Shown here piece after piece: positions 27,286-39,544 of a stretch of 64,000 bases of DNA. The stretch comes from Diadema setosum (taxonomy: Eukaryota). A program made the position numbers and the translations under genes. The stretch covers positions 37,552,597 to 37,616,596 of the forward strand of contig NC_092698.1 in the NCBI RefSeq assembly GCF_964275005.1, read 5' to 3'. Below the pieces are notes generated by a model. It was not told the DNA's origin and ran no database searches. It was given only the letters and a program-made list of their open reading frames with translations. How positions within the stretch are numbered: the first letter of the stretch is position 1; each line of letters opens with the position of its first letter.

Positions 27286-30200
27286 GTGAGACTTTGCATC
27301 CAGCCGGGAGGGTTTTTTTTTTTTTTTTGAGAGAACAATAAACAAGAAAGACAGCTATTTGTTTGCTTCCTTTTCTAAAGTATTCATGGTTGGGCGATTC
27401 TCAACTGGCGAATTGAATCACTCAATTTTGAATTCTTCATGAACACAGTGATATTTATTGAGATGTTCGAATCAATGGGTAAAAAGAGCTAATAATTACA
27501 TAAAAATTCTTCAATCAATACCTCTCAGTTTCTTGGTTATAACACCCAGCTCCTATGGCTATATTACAAGAGATTTGCGGAAGAGTCAACAAAACTCGGA
27601 TGAAAAATGAAAGAGGCTCCTACGTACAGAAATATTCTTTTCTAATCTCATCGGTAAATTCGTTCAGCTTGTAATTAGCAAACTCACGAATTATTGAAAC
27701 GGTCAAGTAAGGTGCGAACATTATTAACGATGAAACAAGAATCTCCATGGTCGAATCACTGAAACGTTCAATTGGTTGAAAGACTCTCCCAGGTGACTAC
27801 TGGAGAAATCCCTCTCTTGAAAAGTTCGTCCACCTTGTTCTCTTGTCACCATAGTAACAGAAACACGTCAATACATTGTTGGCCTCTCTGGTCACGTGTT
27901 CTCACGGAATGTGTCCATCAAGTGTAATAGTGTGCAAACACGTGTAGTGGATCACGTTTATGTTAGGGCTTAATGGACTTCCACTTAGAAATTAACACTT
28001 GGAGGTGACTCACCATGCCTAACAGTGAAATCAAACGGGATGGACGTCTATTTTCATTTTTAAAGTAACTTTACAGACATTCATAATCAAAAGTTCAGAT
28101 AGACCCTCAATAAAGCTCCACCAGGTAGCTTACATCTTGAACGATTCCTGAGAGCGTTCTTGACATCAGATGGTAGGAGTTTTCCAGATAGCGTAAGATG
28201 AGGAAACCCAAAGTTTACATCTAGATATAAGGCAGTTTGATTGAAGATAAATATTCCCTACCTACTCAACTACTTAGTTATCACCAAGAAAGTAGGATGC
28301 CAAATATACAAATCACGTCGTGATTAAACATGGGAAAATCTTCAGAGTTGGCCACAGTTACCCAAGGACAAAGAGAAGTGGATACACCTGAATAGCTTTG
28401 GTGTTTGAAGCGTTTTTACCAGAACATAGGCAAGACTGAAAAAATGTGTCTATTCGCGATAAAATGTGGCTTGCTCTATAACACCTAACTCATCGCCAAA
28501 GAGATGGCAAAATATCTAATTCATATGGTGCACGAATAAACCTGCCCCAACATAAAACAAAAAGGGAAATATCATGCACCAGATGTGGGCACAAAAAAAA
28601 AAAAAAAAGATAGATGAAAGACTTGGAATCATTAATTCCATACACCAGCGAGTAGAATGTCCTGGTGGGTATACACAGGCGTACGCCCCAACTCGACAGC
28701 AGCAGCGGACCCATCCATTGTCACTGTATTAACCATTATTGCACGAATCCCATTCCCACCTCCCTCACTGTACCTCCCATGGGTCTTGTCCTTTCGTGTG
28801 TGTAGGACTTTAATAGAAGTGATGTGAAGCCACGAACCTCTCCTGATTTCACCAAGGAAGTTTAATAAGAGATGGTGTTCCAACTGGCTGTAATTAGTCA
28901 CACAGCTGCCAGTTTTCACGTGGATGGACAAAAAGAATTCCACAGGTGCATTTGTGCCTTTGATGATTGGGGTTCAATGCCGCTGTCTTGCTGAACAATC
29001 TGAAGATTCATTCTGGACGATAGTAACGTCAGCTTTATTTTGCTTGTGTATTTATCAAAAGAAATGAAATTTAACTCGATGAAAAAGCATATTATGACAC
29101 AAAAGCAGGACAAACTGACACAATTCTCAAAAGTGAGGATAGGATGATCAACGAGGCATACCTCCTTGGGCTGATCAAACGTCCATCATCCTATACAACA
29201 AATGCAGCGCTGGCGCTGTCGATATTTCATTAGATATAGAAAACCATTCAGAAACCCCTATGATTGCATGCCTCATTTTACACAGCGCTATACTACTTAC
29301 CATTATATCCCAAGGCTAGTCCATTAAAGTGGAGAAACCAAAACGTTACGGTAACAAGCTTAACTCTAGGCCGTATTGATACGTCTGTACATATTTAAGC
29401 CAAGGGCCAAACGATCACATAACTTTTATGTCTAATATAAGATCGACAAAATGACATAATACATATCTGGATGGAAGTGGGATACTCAGTGAGATATTCA
29501 TTCAGTTTGTCTACCCTTGTGAACGGGCGCGAGGCTCTTTTCCCAATAATGGGAAGCGCATAATACTGGGTTAGTTTTATGAGTGTGTGTGTATAGAGAC
29601 GCGCAGCGGGTCTCTAAAATTGCCCCGGAAAATATGGCGGGTTATCTCGACGAGCAAATTACTCAGTCGACCTCACGCCCTAATGAAATTTTTGCCTCAT
29701 CACCTCCTCCACATACCGCTCTTTCGAAAAGGAGGAAGAGGCTGATGGGGATTCTTATTTTTTGTCAGGAATGCTCATTTCAAACTAGTTGGACGGTCCT
29801 TCTGGTTTCAATATGGCTTCCAGAAACCATCTCATCTAGACAGGGACGACCAAAGATAAAAAAAGGCTTCAAAAACATTATCATGAAAGATAGGAAAGAT
29901 AACTTATCATAGATTTGTTTTATCATCAAACGAAGAAGATATGATACTAAGTTACACAGTTATTTTCGAGACGAGATTAATGTTATGTGGTTATTGATAC
30001 ATATCTGGCCCCGCGGTAACCTAAGCATATTTACAGAGGCGGTTGGAGAAAAAAGAAACAACAACATGATTTTAATTTTTAATGTCACATTAAAGATTTA
30101 CTTGTTTCTCATTTTTAGTTTGATGGAAAGAAATTGCGTTGTTTTCATAGCAAGTTATATGACAGGTAGTTGTTTCAGAAATTGTCAATCCCTACCTACC

Positions 30201-30334
30201 GTATTCACCGATATTACATTGGCTTCATAGACGAATTCTCATAAAGGGGCGTAGAATTGAAAATCGCATTTGGGTGCCAAAATCGACCGTATAGCGCTTT
30301 TTTGACGACTTTAGACTTTGGCTACAATTTAGCA

Positions 30335-30364
30335 CGCACACACAAGCACACACACACACACACA

Positions 30365-30412
<48 letters not shown>
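30335..30412. repeat. (CA)n microsatellite of about 78 bp. A second imperfect CA-rich stretch lies at 30655-30720.
   Basis: Directly visible. Confidence 0.9.
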
Positions 30413-31872
30413 TTCACCCTGCTTTCAAAGTGCTCCAAGATTAAAACTCGTGGTAGATACTTTTTTTTTTCTTTCTGTTTTTGCGTCTGACTGTCGATAT
30501 TGGTTGCCGTGGTGATCTCTGACGTAAATATGTGACGTGGGGACATTTTGAGGGGTTTCAGCGACCAGCAATGTTCTCTTTGTGTATAATCGATTTATTG
30601 ATGAGACATATAATGCCTGTGCGGACACGCGCACCAGCTCATACTCACAGCCAAACATGCACACACACACATACACACAGATACACACAGATCCACAGAC
30701 ATAACACTCACTCGCACACAACTGCTCATTAGCCATAGTTCTGGATTAGCTTTATCAACATTTCCTCAATTACCCCATTACGGTTAATAGCTAATGATGC
30801 ACTGAAGCTGTATTTTGTAAACATTTATGAGTTTTCAATATCTTACGTTTGAAATAGAAATAACAACCACTTACGAACCTCCGAGCCATGGACCCTTCTG
30901 TTCTTACGGGGTGCCGTATAGTAATGATTAGTACACTTACTATGTATTTTGTCAATGCCTATAGACAAAATTACATGTTACACTACACCGTTTTTGCATG
31001 TCAGTCAGTTGGCCTAAGTCAGCTTCGAAGTTTTCTAATATTAAGTGAAACCTTCAGTCCTTATTTCAATAATGTTTTGGATAGCATAATAGAAAAAAAA
31101 AAATAATGGCGATCAACCTTGAGATAATGTAGAATCAACAAACAAACGGGCAATTTTCCATAATGTTTACCTTTGCGATATTTCAACAATAAGGTAACGG
31201 ACATATAGCACCTGCTAACTGAAATCGACAAGAAACTCAGTTGGCCAAAACATAAAGAAGAAGAAAGAATCGCCCTTCAGGGCATCATTTTGAATGTAGG
31301 GCTGACACAAGAAGTAAGCCATGTGGGCGCGTGTGGGATCAGGCTGTAGATTGAGACGGCTTACCACAAGTCGCCTGGGGCGAGATCTTGCTGAGAAGCA
31401 CCTAATACCAGCAGGCGCGTGGGCGTACCTGTCCAACACTGAGTCCAACTGATGATGAGGAGCAGCGAACTGCGCCCCGTACAGCGCCACCGGTGATTGG
31501 ACCAGACGGCAATCAATGTACTGACAATGATCGGGGACCTTTCAGGGTCGCAATTGTGGTTTGTTTCTCAACATATCCAGGGATGGTGGAATCAATCTGT
31601 TTTCTTAGCAGGATCCTTCAGAGACTTGTTTACATTAATTGTCTCCTTCTGGCTTAGAAATGAAAAGACAAATAATAAGTACATTTTTATTTCTGTGCAA
31701 CACAAACGTAACTTACAGCTACATCACACTGACATGACTAGAAAGTGTGTCATGGCATTGATCAAGAGCATGATAATGAAAGTAAACTTGATCGCCTGTT
31801 CATTTGGAATAAGATATAATTACATGAATGTGAGATTGTGATATATACGACTTTATTGTCATTATCGTGCAG

Positions 31873-32016
31873 AAGATCGTCCAGGTGCTGACACGGAACC
31901 AGAAGAAGATGTGCCGGAAGGAGATGAAGACATGGGTCAAGAGGTCATCAATTACCAAGACATTCAAGTAGACCACAACAGTAAAGTGACGAGTGAAAAC
32001 GAAGGACAGAAAAAAG
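31873..32016 (+). CDS. SCG3: SCG3-like exon. Peptide (E)DRPGADTEPEEDVPEGDEDMGQEVINYQDIQVDHNSKVTSENEGQKK.
   Basis: Acceptor cattatcgtgcag|AA and donor AAG|GTTAGA. It starts in phase 2 and ends in phase 1, consistent with both neighbours. The content is acidic and there is no stop. Confidence 0.5.
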
Positions 32017-33406
32017 GTTAGAATAAACAAAATTTTTACTTCTCTTGGGATTCACAGAGTAGGCCTACATTAATATTGCTCTGCATGAGAAGCAAATAAG
32101 AACCTTTAGACAATAGAGCAATATTGTTTTGTTTTATTTACTTCAACTACATATAAAACATTTGTTTTCTAATGTACCGAATGAGACCACATATTACAGG
32201 AAATTATAAAACAAATATCACAGGTTGATAACTCGTAAGAGTATATGCATACACGGTGGAATAACGACATCTGTGAAGAATTTGTGATACGACAGATTGT
32301 CATTAACTTATTTTACTCTCGAGGTGTGCATAAACTAATGTTGCCGATTTTTTTTTTATGTAAATAAGAAAGCAGGTTATTTTCCTCGGAGACTTTCTGG
32401 GTTAACCAATCCCCTGAAACATTTGGTAAGATTCTCGAATAACAAATATAATCACCCGTGATTGAGTTGAACAACTAACTTTAGCCGCTGCTTCACGGTA
32501 TCGGCCTGGCGACGTATAAGAGATCCATTTTGGTAGAGCGGCGCTCTCGCCCACAAGCAAAAATTAGGTTTCGCGCAGACGACGAGTTGGCGCCTACCAT
32601 GAATACTAGTATTTGACGGGTCTGTTCAAGCACGTGACTCTCATTGCACCATCCACGTGACTTCCCTTTCCCATTCTGAATGCTACTGGCCATGTTATGA
32701 GTCTTTTACTTCAGTACCACACCTTTTTGTTTCACTTTCGAGAATGCGCGTTAAATGTAATCAGATAAATTAGAAGCGCACGGACTTAAACGCATTCTCA
32801 TGGTTCACTTTGTACACAGTGAAGACACGCGTACACTTTTCTTTTTCATATGGATTCAACTAAAAGAGAACATGTGAACAGAGTGGACAAAGGTATATTG
32901 CTATTGTAGACAGATAGTGACGCAGTGATGAAGAGCTGAATAGCGTGGAATGAGAGACACTGTTGACCTTCAGTTAGTGGGCTGATGAAGAAAGAAAGAA
33001 AAAAATCATCGGATGTGGTAAACAAATTTGCCGCTTCACTAAAACTTCGATTTGCGTCTGACTATACGCCGCGACTCAAATATTTTGATTTATTTTCATG
33101 ACCTTTTGAATCTTCAGTGAATAGAAGGACATATGATAGACAGCAACGATATAGCAACAAATAACACACAGTACTCACATAACTAACCATTGCTAACCTT
33201 GGCTAATTGCGTCTTGACGGCACACAGCGATTTTTTTTTTCTATCCTACACATGTTGTCCTTTCATGTAATTTCAGGGAGCCATTTTTGTTGCCAATTTG
33301 ATGTACGTAAACAATGTACAGAAATTAAAGATAATCGGCTAAAAGCATAAATAAGACAATCCAGCACAGCAATGATTTTGTATTATTTACATCCATTGTG
33401 CTTCAG

Positions 33407-33723
33407 TAACAGAAAACATTGAAGCTGGCGAGAAGGAGCTCGATGACACGGCACTGGACATCGCAGAAGAACAAACATTGACAGATGATGGTGATGAGGA
33501 GGAGGGGGTCGAGGAGGAGGAGGAGGAGGAAGAGGAAGAGTTAAATGAAGGAATTGGGGAAGAAGATACAGAAGAGGAATTCCAATACATGCTCACACCA
33601 TCAGCTGCCCGCGAACTCATGCTAGAGCTGCAAGATCCCGTCGAAGTGGCGAAGTTCGTGGTCGAAACCGACGATGCGGCGGGCTTCCTTCGAGCTTTAA
33701 GATTACTTCTCCACGATGGCTAC
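33407..33723 (+). CDS. SCG3: SCG3-like exon. Peptide VTENIEAGEKELDDTALDIAEEQTLTDDGDEEEGVEEEEEEEEEELNEGIGEEDTEEEFQYMLTPSAARELMLELQDPVEVAKFVVETDDAAGFLRALRLLLHDGY.
   Basis: The ORF track entry 33478..33747 carries the same frame. Acceptor ttgtgcttcag|TA, with an alternative acceptor 6 nt downstream at 33412. Donor TAC|GTAAGT. The motif FLRALRLLLHDGY followed by ISESQAY in the next exon resembles vertebrate SgIII FDKIVSKLLNLGLITESQAH (from memory). Confidence 0.75.
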
Positions 33724-33924
33724 GTAAGTGATGCCAACGTCTTGTAAACGCGACCAACATCGGGCCTATCAGAATTAATGGACTAAAAACTCATAACTGT
33801 AGAACTCTTTGAGTAAAAATCTTCAAATTGCGATCGTAGATACGCAAGAAAAAGATGTTAGAGTCTAATAATGTTTTAACCATAACCAGTTCTCGTTAAC
33901 TACAGTCAAACCTGTCTATAGCAT

Positions 33925-34100
33925 CCACTCAAAGGGGACGAAAATTAGTGGCCGTTATAGACAGGTGGCCGCTATAGACAGGTGACCGCCGTAGACAGGT
34001 TCGTTAACATGCCTATTCTCTCGGAGGGAATTGTTTCTAGTGTCCATATAAGGCAGGTGGTCACTATAGACAGGTGGTCGCTAATCTGCTCTGATGGTCT
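33925..34100. repeat. Minisatellite of about 18-19 bp units (GGTGRCCGCTATAGACAGGT) with about 5 copies, inside the SCG3-like intron.
   Basis: Directly visible tandem copies. Confidence 0.7.
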
Positions 34101-34378
34101 ATTAGATATATCATGAAACGCCATAAAGGCTTCACCCACGGTCATTAGGCCTTACAGATCAGGAAAAACAAGGTCGGGATGAAACAGAGGTGGGTGGATT
34201 TCATAACACATTCATTACTCAACTTTGTGTGTACACTCTGTGACGAGCAGGACATGGGAGGATCTTGCATGCCAAAAAACTCGATATATGTCGGCAAGTT
34301 GTCCCATGAGCAGCGGGGGCGTGTTAGCCGACATACGGGTCGAGATTTCCACTCAATGCCGCCCTAACATATTACACG

Positions 34379-34452
34379 TTTTTTGTTTTGTTTTGTTTTT
34401 TTATTTGTTTTGTTTTGTTTTGGGTTTTTTTGTTTGTTTTTTTTCATCAGAG
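34379..34452. repeat. (GTTTT)n-like T-rich microsatellite.
   Basis: Directly visible. Confidence 0.85.
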
Positions 34453-34957
34453 AGCTGCTCGGGGTTGGGGCTATTAAAATCTTTAGTCAGTATTAAGCTC
34501 CACACACAAACAACCCTACAAGCGTTAGAATTTCATTCTTGTGTAACTCATCTCTTTACAGTCATGTGATCCTATCTCCTCAAGCCATTAAGGCTTTTAC
34601 GAGACACCTTTTCTTTCACTTTACTGCACGTCTCTTTTCTTGTTTTTTTACCTGATTTATCACCGTTTTGTACGATGACCTTTAAAGTCACCCCTATATT
34701 GTATATTACGTGTGAATTATGCTTCATTTCATTTTTTTAGATTCTGTATATCGTAAAAGTTAAAAGAAATAATAGAGAGTTTTATGCTCTTAGCCAGGCT
34801 CTCAGTCATAAGTTACAACACTTTTTTTTTTACACTTGACTGACTTTTTATGGGGAGAGGGACGAATACCATTCACCATAGTGATATTTCTAGTTCGTAT
34901 TATGTACAATAATTCACCTGGTGTACATGCTCAATTTGAAATTATTTGTATTAAGTT

Positions 34958-34999
<42 letters not shown>

Positions 35000-35000
35000 T
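34958..35000. repeat. (GT)n microsatellite.
   Basis: Directly visible. Confidence 0.9.
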
Positions 35001-35379
35001 TCAACTATTCCCTAATGTGCTTCCTTAAGTTGATTGGAGAGGCCCAAGGGCCATAGTGATTTTGGTTGCTTTATAACCCGGCAACTTAGGGAAGAGCACC
35101 AGGGAAAGCCTGACATCTTGCATCCTTGTATTTTGCTTGTTTTGTTTGTTTATCTTTTATCACTTGTATTGTCTTGCAAATGCTGAACAAATAATAATAA
35201 TAACCACACACACACACACGTACACACAACCACACACAAATAACACCATTAGGCCTATACCTTCACCTTATTGTCTGTCTGTTTTATGTATGCATGTGTG
35301 TGCTTTGTTACTATGCCCGATGTTGGGTAATCCTTTCTTATGCCAAAGTTTTAATGTATTTCTGTGTTGATTCTTACAG

Positions 35380-35526
35380 ATAAGCGAGTCACAAGCATAC
35401 GAACTGAAAGACGCCGTGGCAGCACAGCTGAGAAATCTATTGATGCTACAACAAGTCGAACTATCGAGGGCGCTCTTTGAGACGTACCAACCTCAAATGG
35501 AAGAAGCAAACCCGGACATTGCCCTG
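35380..35526 (+). CDS. SCG3: SCG3-like exon. Peptide ISESQAYELKDAVAAQLRNLLMLQQVELSRALFETYQPQMEEANPDIAL.
   Basis: Acceptor tgttgattcttacag|ATA and donor CTG|GTAAGT. Phase is 0 at both ends, and the other two frames are closed. It resembles vertebrate SgIII ITESQAHTLEDEVAEVLQKLISKEA (from memory). Confidence 0.8.
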
Positions 35527-36190
35527 GTAAGTTACCAGATTGAACTATTTGATATAAACCAAATTTATCCTCACACAGTTTTGGTTTGAGGTCTGTATCC
35601 GATGAGGAGGGGTACTTGTATTGAAGAGAGCCGATAAAATAGACTTGTACATGTTGAAGTATGCAATTACTGGTGATAAGTAACAGAGAGAGAGAATAAA
35701 GAGAGTATAGGAGAGGAATTAGTGAGAGGAGACTCTACTAAAGTTAGGACTTTGGAGAATTAACTTCAATTTGAATATCCAAGAACCTTGAAGAGTCCAG
35801 ACCATGATTAAGAGGAATTGTCTACGTAAAGGGTAGACTAGGGGGACTGTTAACAACATTGCAAGAGACATTCAGCCGCTAACGAACACAAATTACACCC
35901 TAAGGGGATAAACATGGAGATGTAATTATTCGAACGTCTCTCCTGCTTGTGAGTGATTACAATCTAATTTCAATACAACGTTGACCAGAGAAAATAACAG
36001 CCAACAAGAAAATCTAGATGAAAATGAGGGACCTCAAGTGACAAGGAAAACGAACAAACAAGACGTGTTATGTGTCGAACTTTTACTGGAGGTATTCTGG
36101 GCTCCTATTCAAAGTGCAATTAGGCCACATTCGGACATTTTTAATGAATGTTTACCAGTCACGGTGTTTGTCTCTTATTGGTTACCTCAG

Positions 36191-36326
36191 GAGGAATTGC
36201 TCTTTGATCCTGAGCCTCAGCCCATCGACTACTACGACTATGGCAACATGCTGAATCAGGAGGACGCCGCTTACGGCAGCTCACAGGTCAACCTCTATGA
36301 AGCATACCAAGAAGCTCTGGAAGAAG
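36191..36326 (+). CDS. SCG3: SCG3-like exon. Peptide EELLFDPEPQPIDYYDYGNMLNQEDAAYGSSQVNLYEAYQEALEE, then 1 nt left over.
   Basis: Acceptor ttattggttacctcag|GAG and donor GAAG|GTAATT. This is the in-frame portion of track ORF 35981..36475. Confidence 0.75.
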
Positions 36327-36565
36327 GTAATTTTGTTCTTTTGTTTGTTATCTTCTGTACGTATGCATGTTTGTTGGTTTATTTGTTTGTTCATTCGTTT
36401 CGGGTTAAATATCCCGTTGGGTTGATTGTATTTTTGCTTGTTTGTCTTTCTAGCACAATGATGTTAGGACCCTAATTTGGAATAAAAAAACGTTAATTTC
36501 TTTCATTAATTCTGGAGTAATAACATGCGTACACTGTTCGGTAAGGATACTTCGTGAAGGTATAC

Positions 36566-36710
36566 ATTCCGTTATTCCAAAGGTTCGTTATTCCGAAGGT
36601 TTGCCAATCCGAAAACGAAATAAGGTTCCGAATGTTCGTCAGTAGAAACTTTTTTTTTCATTTTTGGCTTAACGAACCTTCGGAATAACGAACATTACCC
36701 TTTTCGTTCA
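36566..36710 (+). repeat. Short copy of the same GTTCGTTATTCCGAAGG repeat family. It has one unit plus an inverted terminal core and lies in the SCG3-like intron between the exons at 36326 and 37306.
   Basis: Forward cores lie at about 36570-36610. The inverted core sits at about 36672-36695. Orientation is the same as the 60955 copy. Confidence 0.55.
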
Positions 36711-37305
36711 ACTATCGATCTTTATCATATTATTTCGGATCCCACATGATTAACCTTCCGTGATATTGAGAGATTATTGATATCTATTCTAATTCTTTTA
36801 CTCATGCCTAAGTTAATTCCTTTCAGTTAGTACATACATCATTGCCATGAAAGGTTTACTGTTCTACTACACTGACTCAGCCTGATTAATAGACGGCCTC
36901 CTACACATACTCGTCAAAATTCCCCCGGTAGATTCAATTCAGGTCATTTGCACATGAATGTAGTTCAGGTAGATAGATTTGACTGATTATTGCGTTTCCT
37001 TTCGTAGTGTACGTTCAAAGATTTTAAAGGGAGCAAATTGCATGTCACATTTCAGCATGCTGATGTAAGACGCGCGCATACGCACAATAATGTGCAGACA
37101 GATACTTAATCATAAGACAGACTAAATACATGTAATGTAATATCTAATCCTTTCGTTTTTGCTCCTTCTATCTCTCCCCTCATTCTCTTTTAGCTTTTTC
37201 CTTTCTCTTTCTTCCATTTCTCCTTTTCACAATCATTTGTGTCACGGTCTCTGCCCTTCTAAATGCACTTTCTAAATATCTTCATTTTGTCATGTCATTC
37301 TACAG

Positions 37306-37398
37306 AAAGCTCCCAAGCGCTCGCACAGATAGCGGAAATATTGGCTCAGCGGATTGCCAAGGGAGAAATTTCACCGGAAGAAGGCGCCAAGATTATGA
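37306..37398 (+). CDS. SCG3: SCG3-like exon. Peptide (E)SSQALAQIAEILAQRIAKGEISPEEGAKIM.
   Basis: A long polypyrimidine tract runs from 37140 to 37300, followed by acceptor cattctacag|AA. Donor TGA|GTAAGT. The motif GEISPEEGAKIM resembles vertebrate SgIII GTISPEEGVSYL (from memory). Confidence 0.75.
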
Positions 37399-38336
37399 GT
37401 AAGTTTCAAATAAAAGCTAATTGTCAACTATTAGGTTGTTGATTCCTTCTCTGCTGCGTCTTTCATTGTAAATTCGCACTTTTGTTTTTCGCTAATCTTG
37501 TAGGAAATCACCAGTTTTGTTACCAAAATTTTGATTGTCTTAATAATGGATACAAAGATAAATGTGTGCCAACATTCCCTTCTGAACTTTAATATTTGAA
37601 CAAAGAATCATTAGCTACTAAGGTTGTGTAGTTTTCGTCCTCGTTTAGGCAAATCTCTCGCACCTTTGCTTTTGCCCCTCGTCTTTTTCTAACATAATCC
37701 TCTTTGCGCATTTTATTCATAGCTCATTTCCTTCACCTTAATGCGTATCTTTAAAAGATCTCTCCCGCCCACTCCGTTCTCCTTTTCACACCGAGTATTG
37801 ATTAGGCACCCGAGAGGCGCGAGTGGAATATGAGAACCCGGCGGCGATCCATTCAATACCCCCGCCCATCCGTCACTTTTATTATTACCCTCTCAATCAG
37901 GCGTCTGATCTCTGGTAGCGCCACTTCTAATTTGTGTGGGACAGGGATATTTGTAACGTTTTTGAGGGGACTATTTTTGCATGTCTTCCTGGAGACAATT
38001 GGGCAAGAGGGGGCGGTATCCCACACCCCCAGAATCGTGTGTGTGTGTGTGTGTGTTTAATTTTAGCAGATGCTATTAGAACCACATCGATTCCAGTGGG
38101 CTGACGTTTCCATGAAAATCAAAAAAGGGTGTATTTTGTCCACCATTGAAGACCTGACTGATCTAATTTCAAACGATTATTGTTGACTTTCAGATAGATT
38201 TTAGATGGGCTAAAGAGATAATTCCGTCAGTGGGTGTGTCATGTCTTACATTGTCTGCGAGATTGTCCCACATATTCACATTTCTAAAAAACACAAACAT
38301 ATTATTTTGATGAATTTGTTCTGCCCTCCTTCCTAG

Positions 38337-38759
38337 GCAAGGTGGTTCAACTTCTCCCAAACAGCTACTGGGAGGGGAGTGAGCAGACCATGAGTTCCGA
38401 AGGAATGCCGAGCGAGTTCCTCAACGGCGAGGAGAATGGTGTCAGCGTCGGCCTCTCATCTCAGGCTAGCGAACAGGATGACGACGTCAAACAAGACCAA
38501 TTCGATGACGACGACGAAGCTGAGGAGGAGGAGGAAGATGAGGAGGAGGACGACGATGATGAAGACACCAAGCCTGTGATTGAAGAGAACTTTGAGGAGG
38601 AGTTGTTGGAGGCAGGTCCAGACGGAGTGGTAAAGGAGATCGAAGAAGAAGACGATAACGGGCAGGAAGACGCCGCCGAGCTCGAGGAAGAGGCAGAGAA
38701 TCTAGCTGAAGAATTACAAGACGAACTCAAGGAGGAGGGCGGCAAGATGGAGAAAGGAG
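38337..38759 (+). CDS. SCG3: SCG3-like exon, hyper-acidic. Peptide (S)KVVQLLPNSYWEGSEQTMSSEGMPSEFLNGEENGVSVGLSSQASEQDDDVKQDQFDDDDEAEEEEEDEEEDDDDEDTKPVIEENFEEELLEAGPDGVVKEIEEEDDNGQEDAAELEEEAENLAEELQDELKEEGGKMEKGG.
   Basis: The track ORF 38342..38827 carries the same frame. Acceptor ctccttcctag|GC and donor GAG|GTATGC. The 141-codon body contains no stop, and the phase is consistent with both neighbouring exons. Confidence 0.8.
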
Positions 38760-39091
38760 GTATGCTGCCGATTTCTTTCTTGATTAATACCAATATGCAT
38801 TCGAATTTATGTCTTTGTAGGTTATGAACATATTTAAAACATATTTTCTTTAACAGGCTTGGAATCTGGGAGTAACATTGTGCAAGGAAAAATAAAACTG
38901 TAGCATGGTGGAATTTGTTTGTAAAAAGTTTTCTTCAAATATTTTCGAGTAAAACTCATATGAACCAAAAGATTGTATGTGTGTCTGTGTGTGTACGCGC
39001 GCGTGTGTGTATGTGCGAGTGGTTATATTCATTTTCTAACCCAATGGCGTTGCATTTTTCTACTATGTTTTTTGTTTGTTTGTTTTTTTAG

Positions 39092-39211
39092 AATCACTCA
39101 AGATCCAGAGACCTGGCGGCATGGCTGTTGTGAATGTTGGACCATCCAATGACGTCATCGATGACAAAGTCAGACAAGACTGGAAAGACATGTCATTACT
39201 CCTAGACAAAA
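39092..39211 (+). CDS. SCG3: SCG3-like exon. Peptide (E)SLKIQRPGGMAVVNVGPSNDVIDDKVRQDWKDMSLLLDK.
   Basis: Acceptor gtttgtttgtttttttag|AA and donor AAA|GTAAGA. Phase is consistent with both neighbouring exons. Confidence 0.7.
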
Positions 39212-39544
39212 GTAAGATATTTGCTTGATATCCATTGTTTTAAAGAGACACACTAATGATCGTAATTAAAAACATTTAAAATGAGATGAAATTGTTGGTT
39301 ATTAGGGGTATTTACTTATCTGTAAAAAAAAAACTCTACTCATTACCAGTGATAGATTTTGCAGCTGTATTTTGGTCGGCTAGTTTTCATGGTTGCCCTT
39401 TGTTATCTGTTTCCTGCGAATTCCATTATTTCAATTTTACAGAGTTTTGTTTTCGTGCGTAATGCGTATTTCTGTATTTCTGCAACTGAGTTGAGTACAT
39501 TACATTGTTAATTCCTTTTATTCCCCCTCTTCTACAATTACTAG

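Noticed and set aside
32520-32600. TGGTAGAGCGGCGCTC, resembling a tRNA D-arm / box A
   Set aside because: No acceptor stem, anticodon arm or box-B (GTTCGANTCC) can be folded around it.
33925-34100. Considered whether the tandem repeats here, or at 60955, could be a CRISPR array
   Set aside because: The units are contiguous, with no unique spacers of uniform length. The context is eukaryotic, with spliced exons and microsatellites. There are no cas-like ORFs.
35981-36190. Upstream in-frame extension of the exon at 36191 (track ORF 35981..36475)
   Set aside because: The only AG acceptor, at about 35988, is out of phase. The hydrophobic, Cys/Trp-containing segment does not look granin-like. 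The good acceptor at 36190 is preferred.
38461-38793. Ser-rich minus-strand ORF (another lies at 33387-33620)
   Set aside because: It is the antisense translation of the GAG/GAC/GAA codon repeats of the acidic SCG3-like exons.
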